A stretch of DNA of 64,000 bases from Geminicoccus sp. (GTDB lineage: Bacteria > Pseudomonadota > Alphaproteobacteria > UBA7985): positions 24,039 to 88,038 of the forward strand of contig PAPT01000042.1 in the NCBI GenBank assembly GCA_002708995.1, given 5' to 3'. Below are positions 27,043 to 37,783 of the stretch, piece after piece; positions within the stretch are counted from its first letter, which is position 1; every line of letters starts with the position of its first letter. The translations under genes and the position numbers were made by a program. The notes beneath the pieces were generated by a model, which was not told the DNA's origin, did no database searches, and worked only from the letters and a program-made list of their open reading frames with translations.

Positions 27043-27999
27043 GTGAGCTCAACGTCTCAGACCATCCCCCGCCTGCCGCTGGACGGTATGGAGGGGGCGA
27101 TCAGCAGCCTGATCGTCGGCTGCGATAATCAGCCCGACCTCGACCTTGCGTCTGCCCTGTGGGACGCGTGGTGGGAGGCGGGCGGCAATGGCTTCGACAC
27201 CGCCCATATCTACGGGCAGGGCCTGCATGAACAGAACCTCGGCGCGTGGATGCGCAGCCGCGGGGTGGCGGGACAGGCGCGGGTGATCGTCAAGGGCGCC
27301 CATACCCCGAACTGCCTGCCCGACGCGATCGAGGCGCAGCTCACCGTGTCGCTGGAGCGGCTTGGGCTCGACCACGCCCCCGTCTACATCATGCACCGCG
27401 ATAATACGGAGGTGCCGGTCGCCGAGTTCGTCGACGTGCTCAACGATCTGCACAATCGCGGGCTGATTGGGGCCATCGGCGGGTCAAACTGGTCGGTGGC
27501 ACGCTTTGCCGAAGCCCGCGCCTATGCGCAGGCAAGCGGGCGGCGGGGGTTGAGCCTCCTCAACAACAATCTTTCGCTGGCGGTAATGGAACGCCCGGTC
27601 TGGGCGGGCTGTATCACGTCGAACGCGCCCGAGGCGCTGGCCTTCCTGCGCGCGGGTGGGGTGACGCACCTGTCGTGGTCCTCGCAGGCACGGGGCTATT
27701 TCATGGGGGCGGGGGAGCGCACGGCGCTGCCCGACGACACCGCACCCGACACGTGCTTTGCATCAGCAGCCAACGAAAAACGGCGACGGCGGGCAGAGAC
27801 GCTGGCGGCTGACTATGGCGTGCATCCGCACAACATCGCCACCGCATGGGTGCTGGGGCAGGGCTTTCCCTCGCTGGCGCTGATCGGGCCGCGCACCATC
27901 GAGGAAATCCGGACGACGCTGCCCGCGCTCGGCCTGCGGCTTTCCACAGGCGAGATCGCGTGGCTCAATCTCGAGCAGGACGCGCGCCAGCCGCCATGA
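27043..27999 (+). CDS. Aldo/keto reductase
   Basis: FDTAHIYG, IVKGAH, MHRDN, GGSNW, WSSQARG, LIGPR. Confidence 0.9.
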   Translation: MSSTSQTIPRLPLDGMEGAISSLIVGCDNQPDLDLASALWDAWWEAGGNGFDTAHIYGQGLHEQNLGAWMRSRGVAGQARVIVKGAHTPNCLPDAIEAQLTVSLERLGLDHAPVYIMHRDNTEVPVAEFVDVLNDLHNRGLIGAIGGSNWSVARFAEARAYAQASGRRGLSLLNNNLSLAVMERPVWAGCITSNAPEALAFLRAGGVTHLSWSSQARGYFMGAGERTALPDDTAPDTCFASAANEKRRRRAETLAADYGVHPHNIATAWVLGQGFPSLALIGPRTIEEIRTTLPALGLRLSTGEIAWLNLEQDARQPP

Positions 28000-28034
28000 A
28001 GCGGCGGCGCGAAGCTGTGCGTTGAAACGCGGCT

Positions 28035-28904
28035 TTAGCCCTTGCGCGCGCCGAGGGTCAGTCCGGCGACGAACTGGCGCTGGAGGAAGAAGAAGAAGAT
28101 CAGCGGGGGCAGGGCGACGATGATCGCCCCGCCGGCCATGACGTTCCAACGGTTCTGCCACTGCCCGGAGGCGAGGTTCACCAGCTGGGTCGGGACCAGC
28201 ATCAAGTCACCCTGGGTCAGCACCAGCGACCAGTAGAAGTCGTTCCAGACGAAGGTGAAGATGAGCAGCCCTAAGGCGGCCAGCGCCGGGCGCAGCAGCG
28301 GCAGGATCACGTTCCAGAACACCTGAAATTCGTTGGCGCCCTCCATCCGCGCAGCCTCGATCAACTCGGTCGGCAGAGCGGCGATGAAGTTCCGCATGAA
28401 GAACACGCAGAACCCGGTCTGGAAGGCCCCGTGGAACAGGATCAGCGCCCACAGCGTGTTGTAGGGCGACCAGTCCCCGAAACCCAGATCCTGCATCATC
28501 CGCAGCACCGGGAAGGTCAGCACCTGAAACGGGACGAAGTTTCCGGCGACGAAGATGGCGAACAGCCAGGTGCGGCCGAGGAATTTGTGCTTGGCGAGGA
28601 CGTAGCCGGCCAGCGTGGCGAAGCTGACGGCGACGCAGACCACGGGCAGGACCACCAGAAAGCTGTAGACCATCGACGACCAGAATGCCGGGTTGCCCAG
28701 CAGCACCCAGAAGCCCTCGGGCAGCAATGGCGCAGGAATGGTGAACTTCGCGCCCTGTTCGGCGTTGATCTGCTCGTTCGATTTCAGCGCCGTATTCAGC
28801 AGCAGGAAGATCGGGGTCAGCCAGATCAGCATCACGGCGATGGCGCTGCACCAGTAGAAGGTGCGGGCGCCGGGCCGCCAGGTATGTTCGGGACTGGGGT
28901 ACAT
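28035..28904 (-). CDS. Carbohydrate ABC permease (MalG-like)
   Basis: ELIEAARMEGA EAA motif, FVWNDFYW, QRQFVAGLTLG. Confidence 0.93.
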   Translation of the reverse strand: MYPSPEHTWRPGARTFYWCSAIAVMLIWLTPIFLLLNTALKSNEQINAEQGAKFTIPAPLLPEGFWVLLGNPAFWSSMVYSFLVVLPVVCVAVSFATLAGYVLAKHKFLGRTWLFAIFVAGNFVPFQVLTFPVLRMMQDLGFGDWSPYNTLWALILFHGAFQTGFCVFFMRNFIAALPTELIEAARMEGANEFQVFWNVILPLLRPALAALGLLIFTFVWNDFYWSLVLTQGDLMLVPTQLVNLASGQWQNRWNVMAGGAIIVALPPLIFFFFLQRQFVAGLTLGARKG

Positions 28905-28917
28905 GTGTGGCTTCTCC

Positions 28918-30075
28918 CTAGTCGTCCGCCTGCCGGACCATGTTGGTCACAAAGAAAATGATGAACACGAGCATGATCAGGAACAGGATCACCGAAATCG
29001 TTGCGCCGTAGCCGTAGTTTCCGCCGTTCTCGCCGAAACCGACCTCGTACATCAGCCGCGCCAGTACCTCGGATTTCTGTCCGCCCACGGTCATGACGTG
29101 CACCAGATCGAAGGATCGTAGCGCGCCGATGGTGGTCACCACCACGCAGATGAAGGTCGCGGGCCACAGCTGGGGCAGCACAATTTTACGGAACAGGGTG
29201 AAGCCCGACGCACCATCGAGTTTTCCCGCCTCGATCAGCTCGGCATTGATCGCCGTCAGGCCGGCCAGATAGATGATCACGCAGTAGGCAATCTGCGGGT
29301 ACCAGGCAGCGACGATAATACCGATGTTGGACCAGCCGTCGGTGCCCAGAATGCCGTCCTTGCCCCAGCCGATCGAATTAAACAGCCACATGAGCGGCGC
29401 CCCGTCGGCGGTGTTGTAGAAGAACTGGAACAGGAAGGCGATTACCGTCGGCGACAGCACGAACGGGAAGAAAAACGTCGGCTTCATCAGCCTTACCACG
29501 AAGTGGTTCTGGTTGAGAAGCACCGCCAGGGCAAGGCCAATGGGGATGGCCACTTGGAACATGATCAGCCAGATCAGGTTGTTGAGCAGTGCCTCTCCGG
29601 CGTCGGTCAGGCGCGGATACCGCCCCTTGGACATGGTCGAGGGATCCCAGCCTACGCCGTCTTCGGTGAATTTCACCGGGTTGAGCTTGGCCAGCTCCTT
29701 GCCCGCACGCTCGATGTTGCGGTCGGTCTTGGCGAAGAAGCGGCGGTAGTTATCGAGGCCGACCCACTCCATCTTCTGCACGCGGCGGCAGTACTCGCCC
29801 TCTTCAAGCTCCTTGATCTCGCGCCCGTCCGCGCAGACCAGACGGTCGGCGCGCACGTCGTGCAGGCTCATCCAGGTCGAGCCGGCGATGGGATACAGCA
29901 CAAATACGGCGAACAGCAGGAAGGCAGGCGCGAGGAACAGGATCCGCGCTGGTCCGTAGCGGAACAGGCGACCCAGCGTCAGCGCACCGATTACGGTGAC
30001 AGCAACGAGCCCAAAAAGCCAGAGCGTTAGGCCTGACGGCGCAATTGATTGCCACGCATCAACAAAAAACGACAT
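28918..30075 (-). CDS. Carbohydrate ABC permease (MalF-like) with long periplasmic insert
   Basis: WVGLDNY, ELIEAGKLDGA, ALRSFDLV; probable ATG at 30075 with GGAGG upstream. Confidence 0.9.
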   Translation of the reverse strand: MSFFVDAWQSIAPSGLTLWLFGLVAVTVIGALTLGRLFRYGPARILFLAPAFLLFAVFVLYPIAGSTWMSLHDVRADRLVCADGREIKELEEGEYCRRVQKMEWVGLDNYRRFFAKTDRNIERAGKELAKLNPVKFTEDGVGWDPSTMSKGRYPRLTDAGEALLNNLIWLIMFQVAIPIGLALAVLLNQNHFVVRLMKPTFFFPFVLSPTVIAFLFQFFYNTADGAPLMWLFNSIGWGKDGILGTDGWSNIGIIVAAWYPQIAYCVIIYLAGLTAINAELIEAGKLDGASGFTLFRKIVLPQLWPATFICVVVTTIGALRSFDLVHVMTVGGQKSEVLARLMYEVGFGENGGNYGYGATISVILFLIMLVFIIFFVTNMVRQADD

Positions 30076-30268
30076 GGATCGCGAGAGCCTCCCTATCTCC
30101 GGCAGCAGCACGGTGCAGCAGGCACGCGTCGCTTCAAGCTGTCTAGGGGGCAGGGCGGGCATTCTTCCGGTATCCTTCGGTGAAGGCTGCGGAATCGTTC
30201 TATCGGGATGGGGAAGGCTGTCGGCGGACCGGGTGTGATGGGGTCGGCTCAGGCTTGAGCAGGCAGGC

Positions 30269-31090
30269 TCAGGTGCGCTGTTGCCGGTCGAGATGGGCGA
30301 GCAATCCGCCGATGCCTGCGAGGTGCAGGACCAGCGCTGACAGCGCGCTCAGCCAGACCGACAGGTCCAGCCCACCGGCGTCCCCGCCGCCGCCCATCGC
30401 TCCGCTCAGCGACAGCCAGTAGGCCTTGGCCACCAGATAGGGGGGGAACAGGCCGGGCAGCCAGTCCAGCGGCGATGGCAGGAACCAGCTTACGAGGATC
30501 AGCAGACCGCCAAGGCCGATGAACTTGGCCATGGCAAAGCCCTGCACCTTGTCGCTGGCCGTGGCGGCGAGGAACAGCATGAACAGCGGCGCCCCCAGAC
30601 CCGCCAGTGCGCACAGGCTGATCAGTGGCAGCACGCCCGGAAGGGCGGCAGCGTCGGTGCCCGTTTGCTCCAGCGCCGGTCCGACGAACAGCATCTGGGC
30701 CAGCGTCACGCCGAAGCCCAGCGCCCAGCTCAGCAGCGACCGCCACAGCATATAGTCGACCAGCGCCACAGGGGTCACGGCCATGGCGTCCAGCGTGCGG
30801 TCCTCTTTCTCATCCAGCACCACGAAACCGAAGATGAACCCGACCAGCAGCGGACCATCGAACAGGCTGAAATAGGCCAGCGCCAGCGGGAAATAGTGGC
30901 GTGCGGGCTCGGTCCCCAGCGCGCCGGGCAGCAGGCCCAGTCCTTCAAGGTAACCGGTCAGTGGCGGCAGGCCGAAGCGCAGCCCGAGCGCAATCAGCAC
31001 GATCATGGCCGCCATCATGCGCAGGAAGCTGTCGCGCAGGATCAGCCGGCTGTCGTTGAGGCCGAAGGCGAGGATGCTGCGCGCCGTCAT
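30269..31090 (-). CDS. ABC-2 type exporter permease
   Basis: Multi-TM; LDEKEDRTLDAMAVTP, DKVQGFAMAK. Confidence 0.8.
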   Translation of the reverse strand: MTARSILAFGLNDSRLILRDSFLRMMAAMIVLIALGLRFGLPPLTGYLEGLGLLPGALGTEPARHYFPLALAYFSLFDGPLLVGFIFGFVVLDEKEDRTLDAMAVTPVALVDYMLWRSLLSWALGFGVTLAQMLFVGPALEQTGTDAAALPGVLPLISLCALAGLGAPLFMLFLAATASDKVQGFAMAKFIGLGGLLILVSWFLPSPLDWLPGLFPPYLVAKAYWLSLSGAMGGGGDAGGLDLSVWLSALSALVLHLAGIGGLLAHLDRQQRT

Positions 31091-31854
31091 CCGGCCTTGT
31101 CCACCACGTGGCGCTCGAAGGCGCGGCGGGACCAGACGAACAGCACCACCAGCCAGAACGCGGTGCCCAGATAGCCCAGCGCGGCGAGCAGGGGGTCAAT
31201 GGCGCCGAAGGCCCCCATCATGATCAACGTTGGCGCGGCGCTGGGGATGAGCAGCAGGCCCCAGTGCTCGAACAGGCCCAGGAAATGCAGCGCCGGCGCC
31301 TGGATCACGGCGGAGATCAGCAACACCGGCACCAGAAAGTCCGTCAGGCTGCGGAATCGGACCACCAGACCCAGCCCGAGCAGCAGGTACAGCGTCGCCA
31401 GCCCGATCAGCCCGAAGCCAAGGTCGAACAGGCTGATCGGTGGCCCCGTCTGGCTTTGCAGGGCGATCCACGCCTGCAGCAGCGACAGGGTGATGACGGT
31501 CTCGAACAGGACCAGCAGGTTGAGGCTGATCAGCTTGGCGGCGATGAAGTTGCTGATCGACAGCGGGCTGACCAGTGCGGCGTCGAGGGTGCCGTCGGCG
31601 CGCTCGCTCAGGATCAGTGCGGCCATGTAAAGCATGGTGGTCGAGCCGATCCCGAGCAGGATGAAGACCGGGATCGCGCGATCGAGGAAAGAGACCGGCA
31701 TCAGCAGCGCCAGCGGCAGCGCCAGCAGCACTGAAACCACCAGCCCGATCACGTACAGCCTCCCGCGCAAGTGCAGGGTGACGTCGGTTCTGATGGCTTG
31801 GAACAGGCCTGACCGGCCGCCAGGGTCGTTGCCGGGAAATCCGCAGTTGGTCAT
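31087..31854 (-). CDS. ABC-2 type exporter permease
   Basis: Multi-TM; ERADGTLDAALVSPL; ATGA overlap with the next gene. Confidence 0.8.
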   Translation of the reverse strand: MTNCGFPGNDPGGRSGLFQAIRTDVTLHLRGRLYVIGLVVSVLLALPLALLMPVSFLDRAIPVFILLGIGSTTMLYMAALILSERADGTLDAALVSPLSISNFIAAKLISLNLLVLFETVITLSLLQAWIALQSQTGPPISLFDLGFGLIGLATLYLLLGLGLVVRFRSLTDFLVPVLLISAVIQAPALHFLGLFEHWGLLLIPSAAPTLIMMGAFGAIDPLLAALGYLGTAFWLVVLFVWSRRAFERHVVDKAG

Positions 31855-31858
31855 GGGA

Positions 31859-32773
31859 TTACCTGTCCTCGCTTTGGGTGCTGCTGCCCGCACGGCTGGC
31901 CGCCGATTGCAGGGGGTCGTCCCCCGCGTGCAGGGTCTTTCCGGTGAACTCGATGAAGATATCGTCGAGCGTGGTTTGTTCGGACTGCAGGCTCTCTATA
32001 GTGCTGCCGGTGCGCAGGGTATCGAGGAAGGCCTGATTCTCGCCAAGGCCATCGAGGGGGAACTGCCGGGCGGGGCTGCCCGCCTGCTTCAGGCGCACTT
32101 GACCTGCGCCGTGCCGACGCTTGAGGCTTTCGGGGGCATCGATCAGCGCGATCCGTCCGTCGACAATGAAGGCGACCCGGTCGCACAGCTGGTCGGCGAG
32201 GCTCATGTTGTGGGTGGTGACAAGGACGGTGGTGCCGTCCTCGCGCAGCCGCCGGACCAGCGCCATCACCAGCCGGGTGTTCACGGGGTCGAGCCCGCTG
32301 GTGGGCTCGTCGAGAAACAGCAGGCGCGGGCGGTGCATGCAGGCGCGGGCAAGGTTGAGCCGGACCTTCATCCCTTTGGACAGGGCGCCTGCGCGCTCGT
32401 TGGCAGCATCGCTCAGACCGACCCAGTCGAGGACCCGGTGGGGATCGACGGTCGGCCCTCGGTAAAAGGCTGCAAAGTGGCGCAGGTTTTCCAGCGCGGT
32501 CAGTCGCGCATAGTGATTCGGCAGTTCGAAGGAGACGCCGACCTGCTCATAGAGGCTCTTGTCCCAGTGCCGGACTTCGCGCCCCAGCACCTCGGCCCGG
32601 CCCTCGTAGCCCTGCAGCAGGCGGATCAGGATCTTCTGCGTGGTCGACTTGCCCGCGCCGGAGGGACCGAGAAAGCCGAGGATTTCGCCGTCTTCGAGGT
32701 TGAAGTTCAGGCCCCGCAGTGCCGGGCTTGGGGCGCTGGGATAGGTGAAGCTGAGGTTTTCGACGGTGATCAT
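31859..32773 (-). CDS. ABC exporter ATP-binding subunit
   Basis: GPSGAGKST, LSKGMK signature, FLDEPTSGLDP, TTH. Confidence 0.93.
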   Translation of the reverse strand: MITVENLSFTYPSAPSPALRGLNFNLEDGEILGFLGPSGAGKSTTQKILIRLLQGYEGRAEVLGREVRHWDKSLYEQVGVSFELPNHYARLTALENLRHFAAFYRGPTVDPHRVLDWVGLSDAANERAGALSKGMKVRLNLARACMHRPRLLFLDEPTSGLDPVNTRLVMALVRRLREDGTTVLVTTHNMSLADQLCDRVAFIVDGRIALIDAPESLKRRHGAGQVRLKQAGSPARQFPLDGLGENQAFLDTLRTGSTIESLQSEQTTLDDIFIEFTGKTLHAGDDPLQSAASRAGSSTQSEDR

Positions 32774-32900
32774 GGCGCTGAACTTACGCGCTGGAAGACG
32801 TTTTCGCCAAGAGGAAGGACGCAGGCGGGGGGACAGGGCGGCAAGCCTGTTCTAGACTGCGCCACGAATCAGCAGACCAGACCAGATTGACGAGGCCGTT

Positions 32901-34619
32901 TTGACCACCCCGAGCACCGCTCCAGCAGCGACATCTTCCGAATTTGACTATGTAATCGTGGGCAGCGGTTCCGCCGGCGCCATCATGGCAGCCCGGCTGA
33001 CCGAAGACCCGGATATCCGGGTCGCCGTGCTGGAGTTCGGGGGCAGCGACCGGTCGATTTTCGTGCAGATGCCGACGGCGCTGTCCATCCCCATGACCCG
33101 GGACAAGTTCAACTGGGGCTACTGGTCCGACCCCGAGCCGGGGCTGGACGGCCGGGTCATGGACTGCCCGCGCGGCAAGGTGCTCGGCGGTTCGTCGAGC
33201 ATCAACGGCATGGCCTTCGTTCGTGGCTGTGCGGGCGATCTGGACCAGTGGGAAGAGGCCGGCGCAGAGGGCTGGAACTACGCCAGCCTGCTGCCCTACT
33301 ACCAGCGCCTCGAGCGCACGGGTTTTGGGGATGACAGCTACCGCGGCCGCGGTGGCGAAGTCGGCGTTGGCAATGGCAACGACCGGCTACTGAACCCGCT
33401 CTACGATGCCTTTATCGCCGCCGGTGAGCAGGCCGGCTACCCGGTGACCAAGGACTATAATGGCTACCAGCAGGAGGGCTTCGGTCCGATGCAGATGAAC
33501 GTCGCCAGCGGGCGACGGCAGTCGACGGCCAATGCCTTCCTTGCACCGGCGCGTAAGCGCCCGAACCTGCAGATCATTACCGGGGTGCTGGCGCAGCGTG
33601 TCCTGCTTGATGGCAACCGTGCGGTCGGGGTCGAGGTCACCCGCGGGGGCAAGACCGCGCAGGTCATGGCCCGGCGGGAAGTCATCCTTGCTGCCGGCTC
33701 GATCGGCTCGCCGACGCTGCTGCAGCGCTCGGGCATCGGCCCGGCGGCTGTGCTCAAGGAGGCCGGTGTGATGCCGGTGGTGGACCTGCCCGGGGTTGGT
33801 GCCAATCTGCAGGATCATCTGGAGGTTTACTTCCAGTACCGCTGCACCCAGTCGATTACGCTGAACGGGCGGCTAAACCCGCTCAGCAAGGCGTGGATCG
33901 GGGCGCGGTGGATGCTGACCAAGACCGGGCTCGGCGCGACCAACCACTTCGAGGCCTGCGCCTTTATCCGCTCGGACAAGGGCGTGCAGTGGCCGGACAT
34001 CCAGTACCACTTTCTACCCGCGGCTATGCGCTATGACGGGCGCGCGGCCTTCGACGGGCACGGCTTTCAGGTCCACGTCGGCCCGAACAAGCCGCGCAGC
34101 CGGGGGCGGGTCGCGATCCGCACGCCGATGGCTGAGGACGCGCCGTCGATCCTGTTCAACTACCTCACCGATCCGCGCGATATCAGCGACTGGCGCAAGG
34201 CGATCCGCCTGACCCGCGAAATCCTGCAGCAGGACGCGCTGGCCCCGTTCCGGGGCAACGAAATCCAGCCTGGGTTCGGGGTGCAGAGCGACGACGAGAT
34301 CGACGCCTGGGTGCGCGAGAACGTCGAGAGCGCCTACCATCCGTCCTGCACCTGTAAAATCGGTCGTGACAATGATCCCATGGCGGTGCTCGACCGCGAC
34401 TGTCGCGTGCGCGGGGTCGCAAACCTGCGGGTCGCCGACAGCTCGATTTTCCCGGTGATCACCAATGGCAACCTGAATGCGCCGTCGATGATGGTGGGTG
34501 AGCGGGCGTCCGACCTGATCCTCGAGCGCGATCCACTGCCGCCGAGCAATGCCCCGGCGTGGTTCGATCCGGCGTGGGAAACCCGCCAGCGGGCGGGCGA
34601 GCCGCAGCGGGCCGTCTAG
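32901..34619 (+). CDS. betA: Choline dehydrogenase (GMC oxidoreductase)
   Basis: [52 protein letters not shown]. Confidence 0.93.
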   Translation: MTTPSTAPAATSSEFDYVIVGSGSAGAIMAARLTEDPDIRVAVLEFGGSDRSIFVQMPTALSIPMTRDKFNWGYWSDPEPGLDGRVMDCPRGKVLGGSSSINGMAFVRGCAGDLDQWEEAGAEGWNYASLLPYYQRLERTGFGDDSYRGRGGEVGVGNGNDRLLNPLYDAFIAAGEQAGYPVTKDYNGYQQEGFGPMQMNVASGRRQSTANAFLAPARKRPNLQIITGVLAQRVLLDGNRAVGVEVTRGGKTAQVMARREVILAAGSIGSPTLLQRSGIGPAAVLKEAGVMPVVDLPGVGANLQDHLEVYFQYRCTQSITLNGRLNPLSKAWIGARWMLTKTGLGATNHFEACAFIRSDKGVQWPDIQYHFLPAAMRYDGRAAFDGHGFQVHVGPNKPRSRGRVAIRTPMAEDAPSILFNYLTDPRDISDWRKAIRLTREILQQDALAPFRGNEIQPGFGVQSDDEIDAWVRENVESAYHPSCTCKIGRDNDPMAVLDRDCRVRGVANLRVADSSIFPVITNGNLNAPSMMVGERASDLILERDPLPPSNAPAWFDPAWETRQRAGEPQRAV

Positions 34620-34753
34620 AGCCAGAGCACTGGTGGGTCAAAATACCGAGGCCCTGCACCGGCGACGGCGCAGCCTGATACCCCGCCTGACGAGAACGTT
34701 CGCGGCCGCGCCCAGCGTTCCGACCGGTGCGTCTGTGGCTGAGGCTCGGCGAT

Positions 34754-35998
34754 TCAACCACCCTCCGCGAGGCTGCGGTGGGCCGCGGCAACCCCCGCGC
34801 CGAGCTCATCCAGCAGCAGGGCCGGGTCTTCGATCCCCACGGACAGCCTGAAGAAGGCCTCGGTAATGCCCAGCGCCTCACGCTGTGCCTCGGTTAGCCC
34901 CCGGTGGGAGCTCGAGGCCGGGTGCGAGATCGTGGTGCTGACATCGCCTAGCGTCGGGGCAAAGGCGATCCCGCCGAGCGCCCGCATCAGGGCGTTGGCC
35001 TGCGCCCGCCCGCCAGGGAGGGTGAAGCTGACCATGTTGCCTGGATTTTTGCCCAGCAGCGCCCGGGCCAATGCTCGGTCCGGGTGATCGTCGCGGCCGG
35101 GGTAAAAGACCTCGTCAACGCCGACGAGGCCAGCGAGGTGGTCGGCTATCCGCTGGGCGTTGTCCTGCGCGCGTTCAAACCGCAGCTCGAAGGTATGGAG
35201 CCCGCGCTCGGCCATCCAGCAATCCCACGGTGAGGGTGTCAGCCCCCAGGTGGCAACGGCGTCCTCCAGTGGCTCGCGCAGCGCCGGGTCCCGGGCTGCA
35301 ACATAGCCCAGCGTCACGTCAGAGTGCCCGGCCAGCAGCTTGGTCACCGAATTGACCACCAGATCGGCGCCGAGTTCGAAGCCCGAGACCACCGCCGGGG
35401 TGGTGAATGTGTTGTCGATCAGCAGCAGCACCCCGTGTTCCCGGCACACCGCCGCGATGCCATCAATATCGGCGATCCGCAGGGTGGGGTTTGAGACCAC
35501 TTCGACCAGGACCATCCGCGTTTCTGGGCGCAGCGCCTCAGCGACATTGGCCGCGTCGGCCACGCCCACCAGCGTGGTCGACAGCCCCAGACGGGGCAGA
35601 TCCTGATTGAGCAGCCGCAGGCTCTTGCCGTAGAGCTGGTCGCCGGCGATGACATGGTCGCCGGCCTTGAGCACGCCGAGCACAGCCGCGGTGATCGCTG
35701 ACATGCCTGAACTGGTGATCAGTCCGGGCGCAGGCGCGGCTTCAAGCGCGTCGATCTTGGCTGCCAGCAGGTCTGCGTTGGGGTGGCCTTCGCGGGCGTA
35801 GGTGTAGCCTACCGCACGGCCCTCGTACTGGTCTTCGAGCGCATCGACGTCGGGGGTGGCGTAGACCACGGCGGGCTGCAAGGGCGAGCCCAGCGCGCGG
35901 GACTCAGAGGGCGGAAAGGGGCTGCGTCGGACAACGTTGGGCAAGCGGCGATTGCCCCTGTCTCCCGGAGCTTTCCAGCGATCTTCAGACTTTGTCAC
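34754..35998 (-). CDS. Cys/Met metabolism PLP-dependent enzyme (cystathionine gamma-synthase/lyase family)
   Basis: YAREGHPN, SSGMSAI, DNTFTTP, SVTKLLAGHSD (PLP Lys), RLSVGIED. Confidence 0.92.
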   Translation of the reverse strand: MTKSEDRWKAPGDRGNRRLPNVVRRSPFPPSESRALGSPLQPAVVYATPDVDALEDQYEGRAVGYTYAREGHPNADLLAAKIDALEAAPAPGLITSSGMSAITAAVLGVLKAGDHVIAGDQLYGKSLRLLNQDLPRLGLSTTLVGVADAANVAEALRPETRMVLVEVVSNPTLRIADIDGIAAVCREHGVLLLIDNTFTTPAVVSGFELGADLVVNSVTKLLAGHSDVTLGYVAARDPALREPLEDAVATWGLTPSPWDCWMAERGLHTFELRFERAQDNAQRIADHLAGLVGVDEVFYPGRDDHPDRALARALLGKNPGNMVSFTLPGGRAQANALMRALGGIAFAPTLGDVSTTISHPASSSHRGLTEAQREALGITEAFFRLSVGIEDPALLLDELGAGVAAAHRSLAEGG

Positions 35999-36363
35999 CC
36001 GGCTGTCCTTTCAGTGCTCAGTCATTGCTCAGGTCGGTGCAGAACCAGCGATCAGCAGCGAGCGGGTGTCGCCGGGGTTCAGGCTTGGCGCGCAGCAGAG
36101 CACTTCGGCGCCGGGGTGGCAATACGGCCTAGCGACGGCAGTGCGCGGCTGGGCGGTGGGCTGGGATCTGCCGGGTTTCTGGTCATCTGTGACGGTCTGC
36201 GACGGTCTGCGACCTAAATCGGCGCAGGTGCCGCGAAATCACAAGACGCGGCTGGGTCCGGGGTTCAAGCACCATGCATGACCTGCGCAGATTTGCGATC
36301 CTGCGCGGCCTCTGACACCGGGTCCTCAATCCCCGGCGTGTGTCTGTTGAGATTGGAGCCTTG

Positions 36364-37611
36364 ATGACTAACCCGGTGTTTTCAGCCCTGGACCTGAGCC
36401 TGCTGATCCGTGTCCGGGTCGTGGTCAGCGCGGTGCTGTCCATGGTCTTCGCCGGGTTCGCGAGCGGGCTGATCTATGCATGGGTCCCGATCCGGCTTTC
36501 GGCGCTTGGCTATGATCCTTCGGTCGCGGGCATGCTGATTTCGGTGTTTGCCGTAGGCGCGGTGCTGGGCTGCTTCATCACCGGTGCACTGGTGCGCCGG
36601 CTGGGGCAGGCGCGGACGTGGCTGTTGGCCCTCGGGATGCTGCTGATTTCTTACGCCACGCTGGCCTTTACCGAGCAGCCGCTGTTCTGGGGGCTTGGAC
36701 GGCTGGCCTATGGTGTTGCCATGACCCAGCTGTTCGTGGTCGGGCAGAGCTGGTTCAACGCACTGGTGACCAACCGCTTCCGTGGCCGGGTGCAGGCGAG
36801 CCTCAACACCCTGTTCGTCGTTGGGATCGGGGTTGGGGGCTTTGGTATTGGCTTCATCAGCGTCGATGGCAGCATGGCGCCGCTGGTGGCGCTGGGGCTG
36901 ACCGTTGCGGCACTGATACCCATGCTGCTGCCTGGCCTGCCGCGGGTACCGACGCCCCGGGCCGCTCAAGTGCGGGTGCTGCGCGCCTGGCGGATTTCAC
37001 CGCTGGCGGTTTCCGGGATGCTGTTCGCGGGCGGGGTGACCATGCTGGTGCAGGGGTACGCGCCTATTTTCGTACAGGCCAAGGGCTTCGAGCCTGCGCA
37101 GATCGGGCTGATGCTGTTGCTGATGCAACTGGGGATCTTTGCGGTGCCGCTGTCGGCGGGGTTTGTCTCTGACCGGGTCGACCGGCGCTGGGTGATTGTC
37201 GCCTGCACGGTGCTGATCGTCGGCTGTGCTGCCTTTGCCAGCGAGGTGGCGGGGCTGAATTTCTTCTTCCTAGTGGCGGCTTTTGGCCTGTGGGCGGGTT
37301 CGACGGAGGCGATTTTCTCAGTCACATCGGCGCAGGCGAGCGACCACGCTCAGCCTGAGGAGTACCTCAGCCTGTCTTCGACACTGATCCTAGTCTGGTC
37401 GAGCGGTGCGGTGCTGGTGCCCGGCGTGACCAGCGTGCTCACCCGTCTGTTCGGGGTCTCGGCCTTTATGATCGTGGCCGGGGTGCTGGCGTTGGTGTTT
37501 TTGGTTTTCACGCTGGTGCGCTTGCGGCTACGGGAGCAGCCGGAGCCGGATCCGGCGGCCGATGCCGCGGTTGATCCGGGGCTTGACCTTAGCGATCCGC
37601 CGCTGCGTTAG
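36364..37611 (+). CDS. MFS transporter (YcaD-like)
   Basis: About 12 TM helices, QSWFN, SDRVDRR loop. Confidence 0.87.
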   Translation: MTNPVFSALDLSLLIRVRVVVSAVLSMVFAGFASGLIYAWVPIRLSALGYDPSVAGMLISVFAVGAVLGCFITGALVRRLGQARTWLLALGMLLISYATLAFTEQPLFWGLGRLAYGVAMTQLFVVGQSWFNALVTNRFRGRVQASLNTLFVVGIGVGGFGIGFISVDGSMAPLVALGLTVAALIPMLLPGLPRVPTPRAAQVRVLRAWRISPLAVSGMLFAGGVTMLVQGYAPIFVQAKGFEPAQIGLMLLLMQLGIFAVPLSAGFVSDRVDRRWVIVACTVLIVGCAAFASEVAGLNFFFLVAAFGLWAGSTEAIFSVTSAQASDHAQPEEYLSLSSTLILVWSSGAVLVPGVTSVLTRLFGVSAFMIVAGVLALVFLVFTLVRLRLREQPEPDPAADAAVDPGLDLSDPPLR

Positions 37612-37783
37612 GGCGACAGGACGGTCGCGCGTGGGAGATTTGTAAGCCGCGAAGCGGCGTCAAATCGAGCGCGCCACCCCTGTCAGGGGCAAGGAGCTCA
37701 TGATCCCGAAGCCATGACAAGGGCAATACTGCGCCAACCTGAACGATTGCAGCCCCAGTCCGGCTTGCGCTAGCTTGCTCACC

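Noticed and set aside
35999-36363. Possible SAM riboswitch or small ORF upstream of the Cys/Met PLP enzyme
   Set aside because: No SAM-II or SAM/SAH consensus recognised; the short ORFs lack motifs and RBSs.
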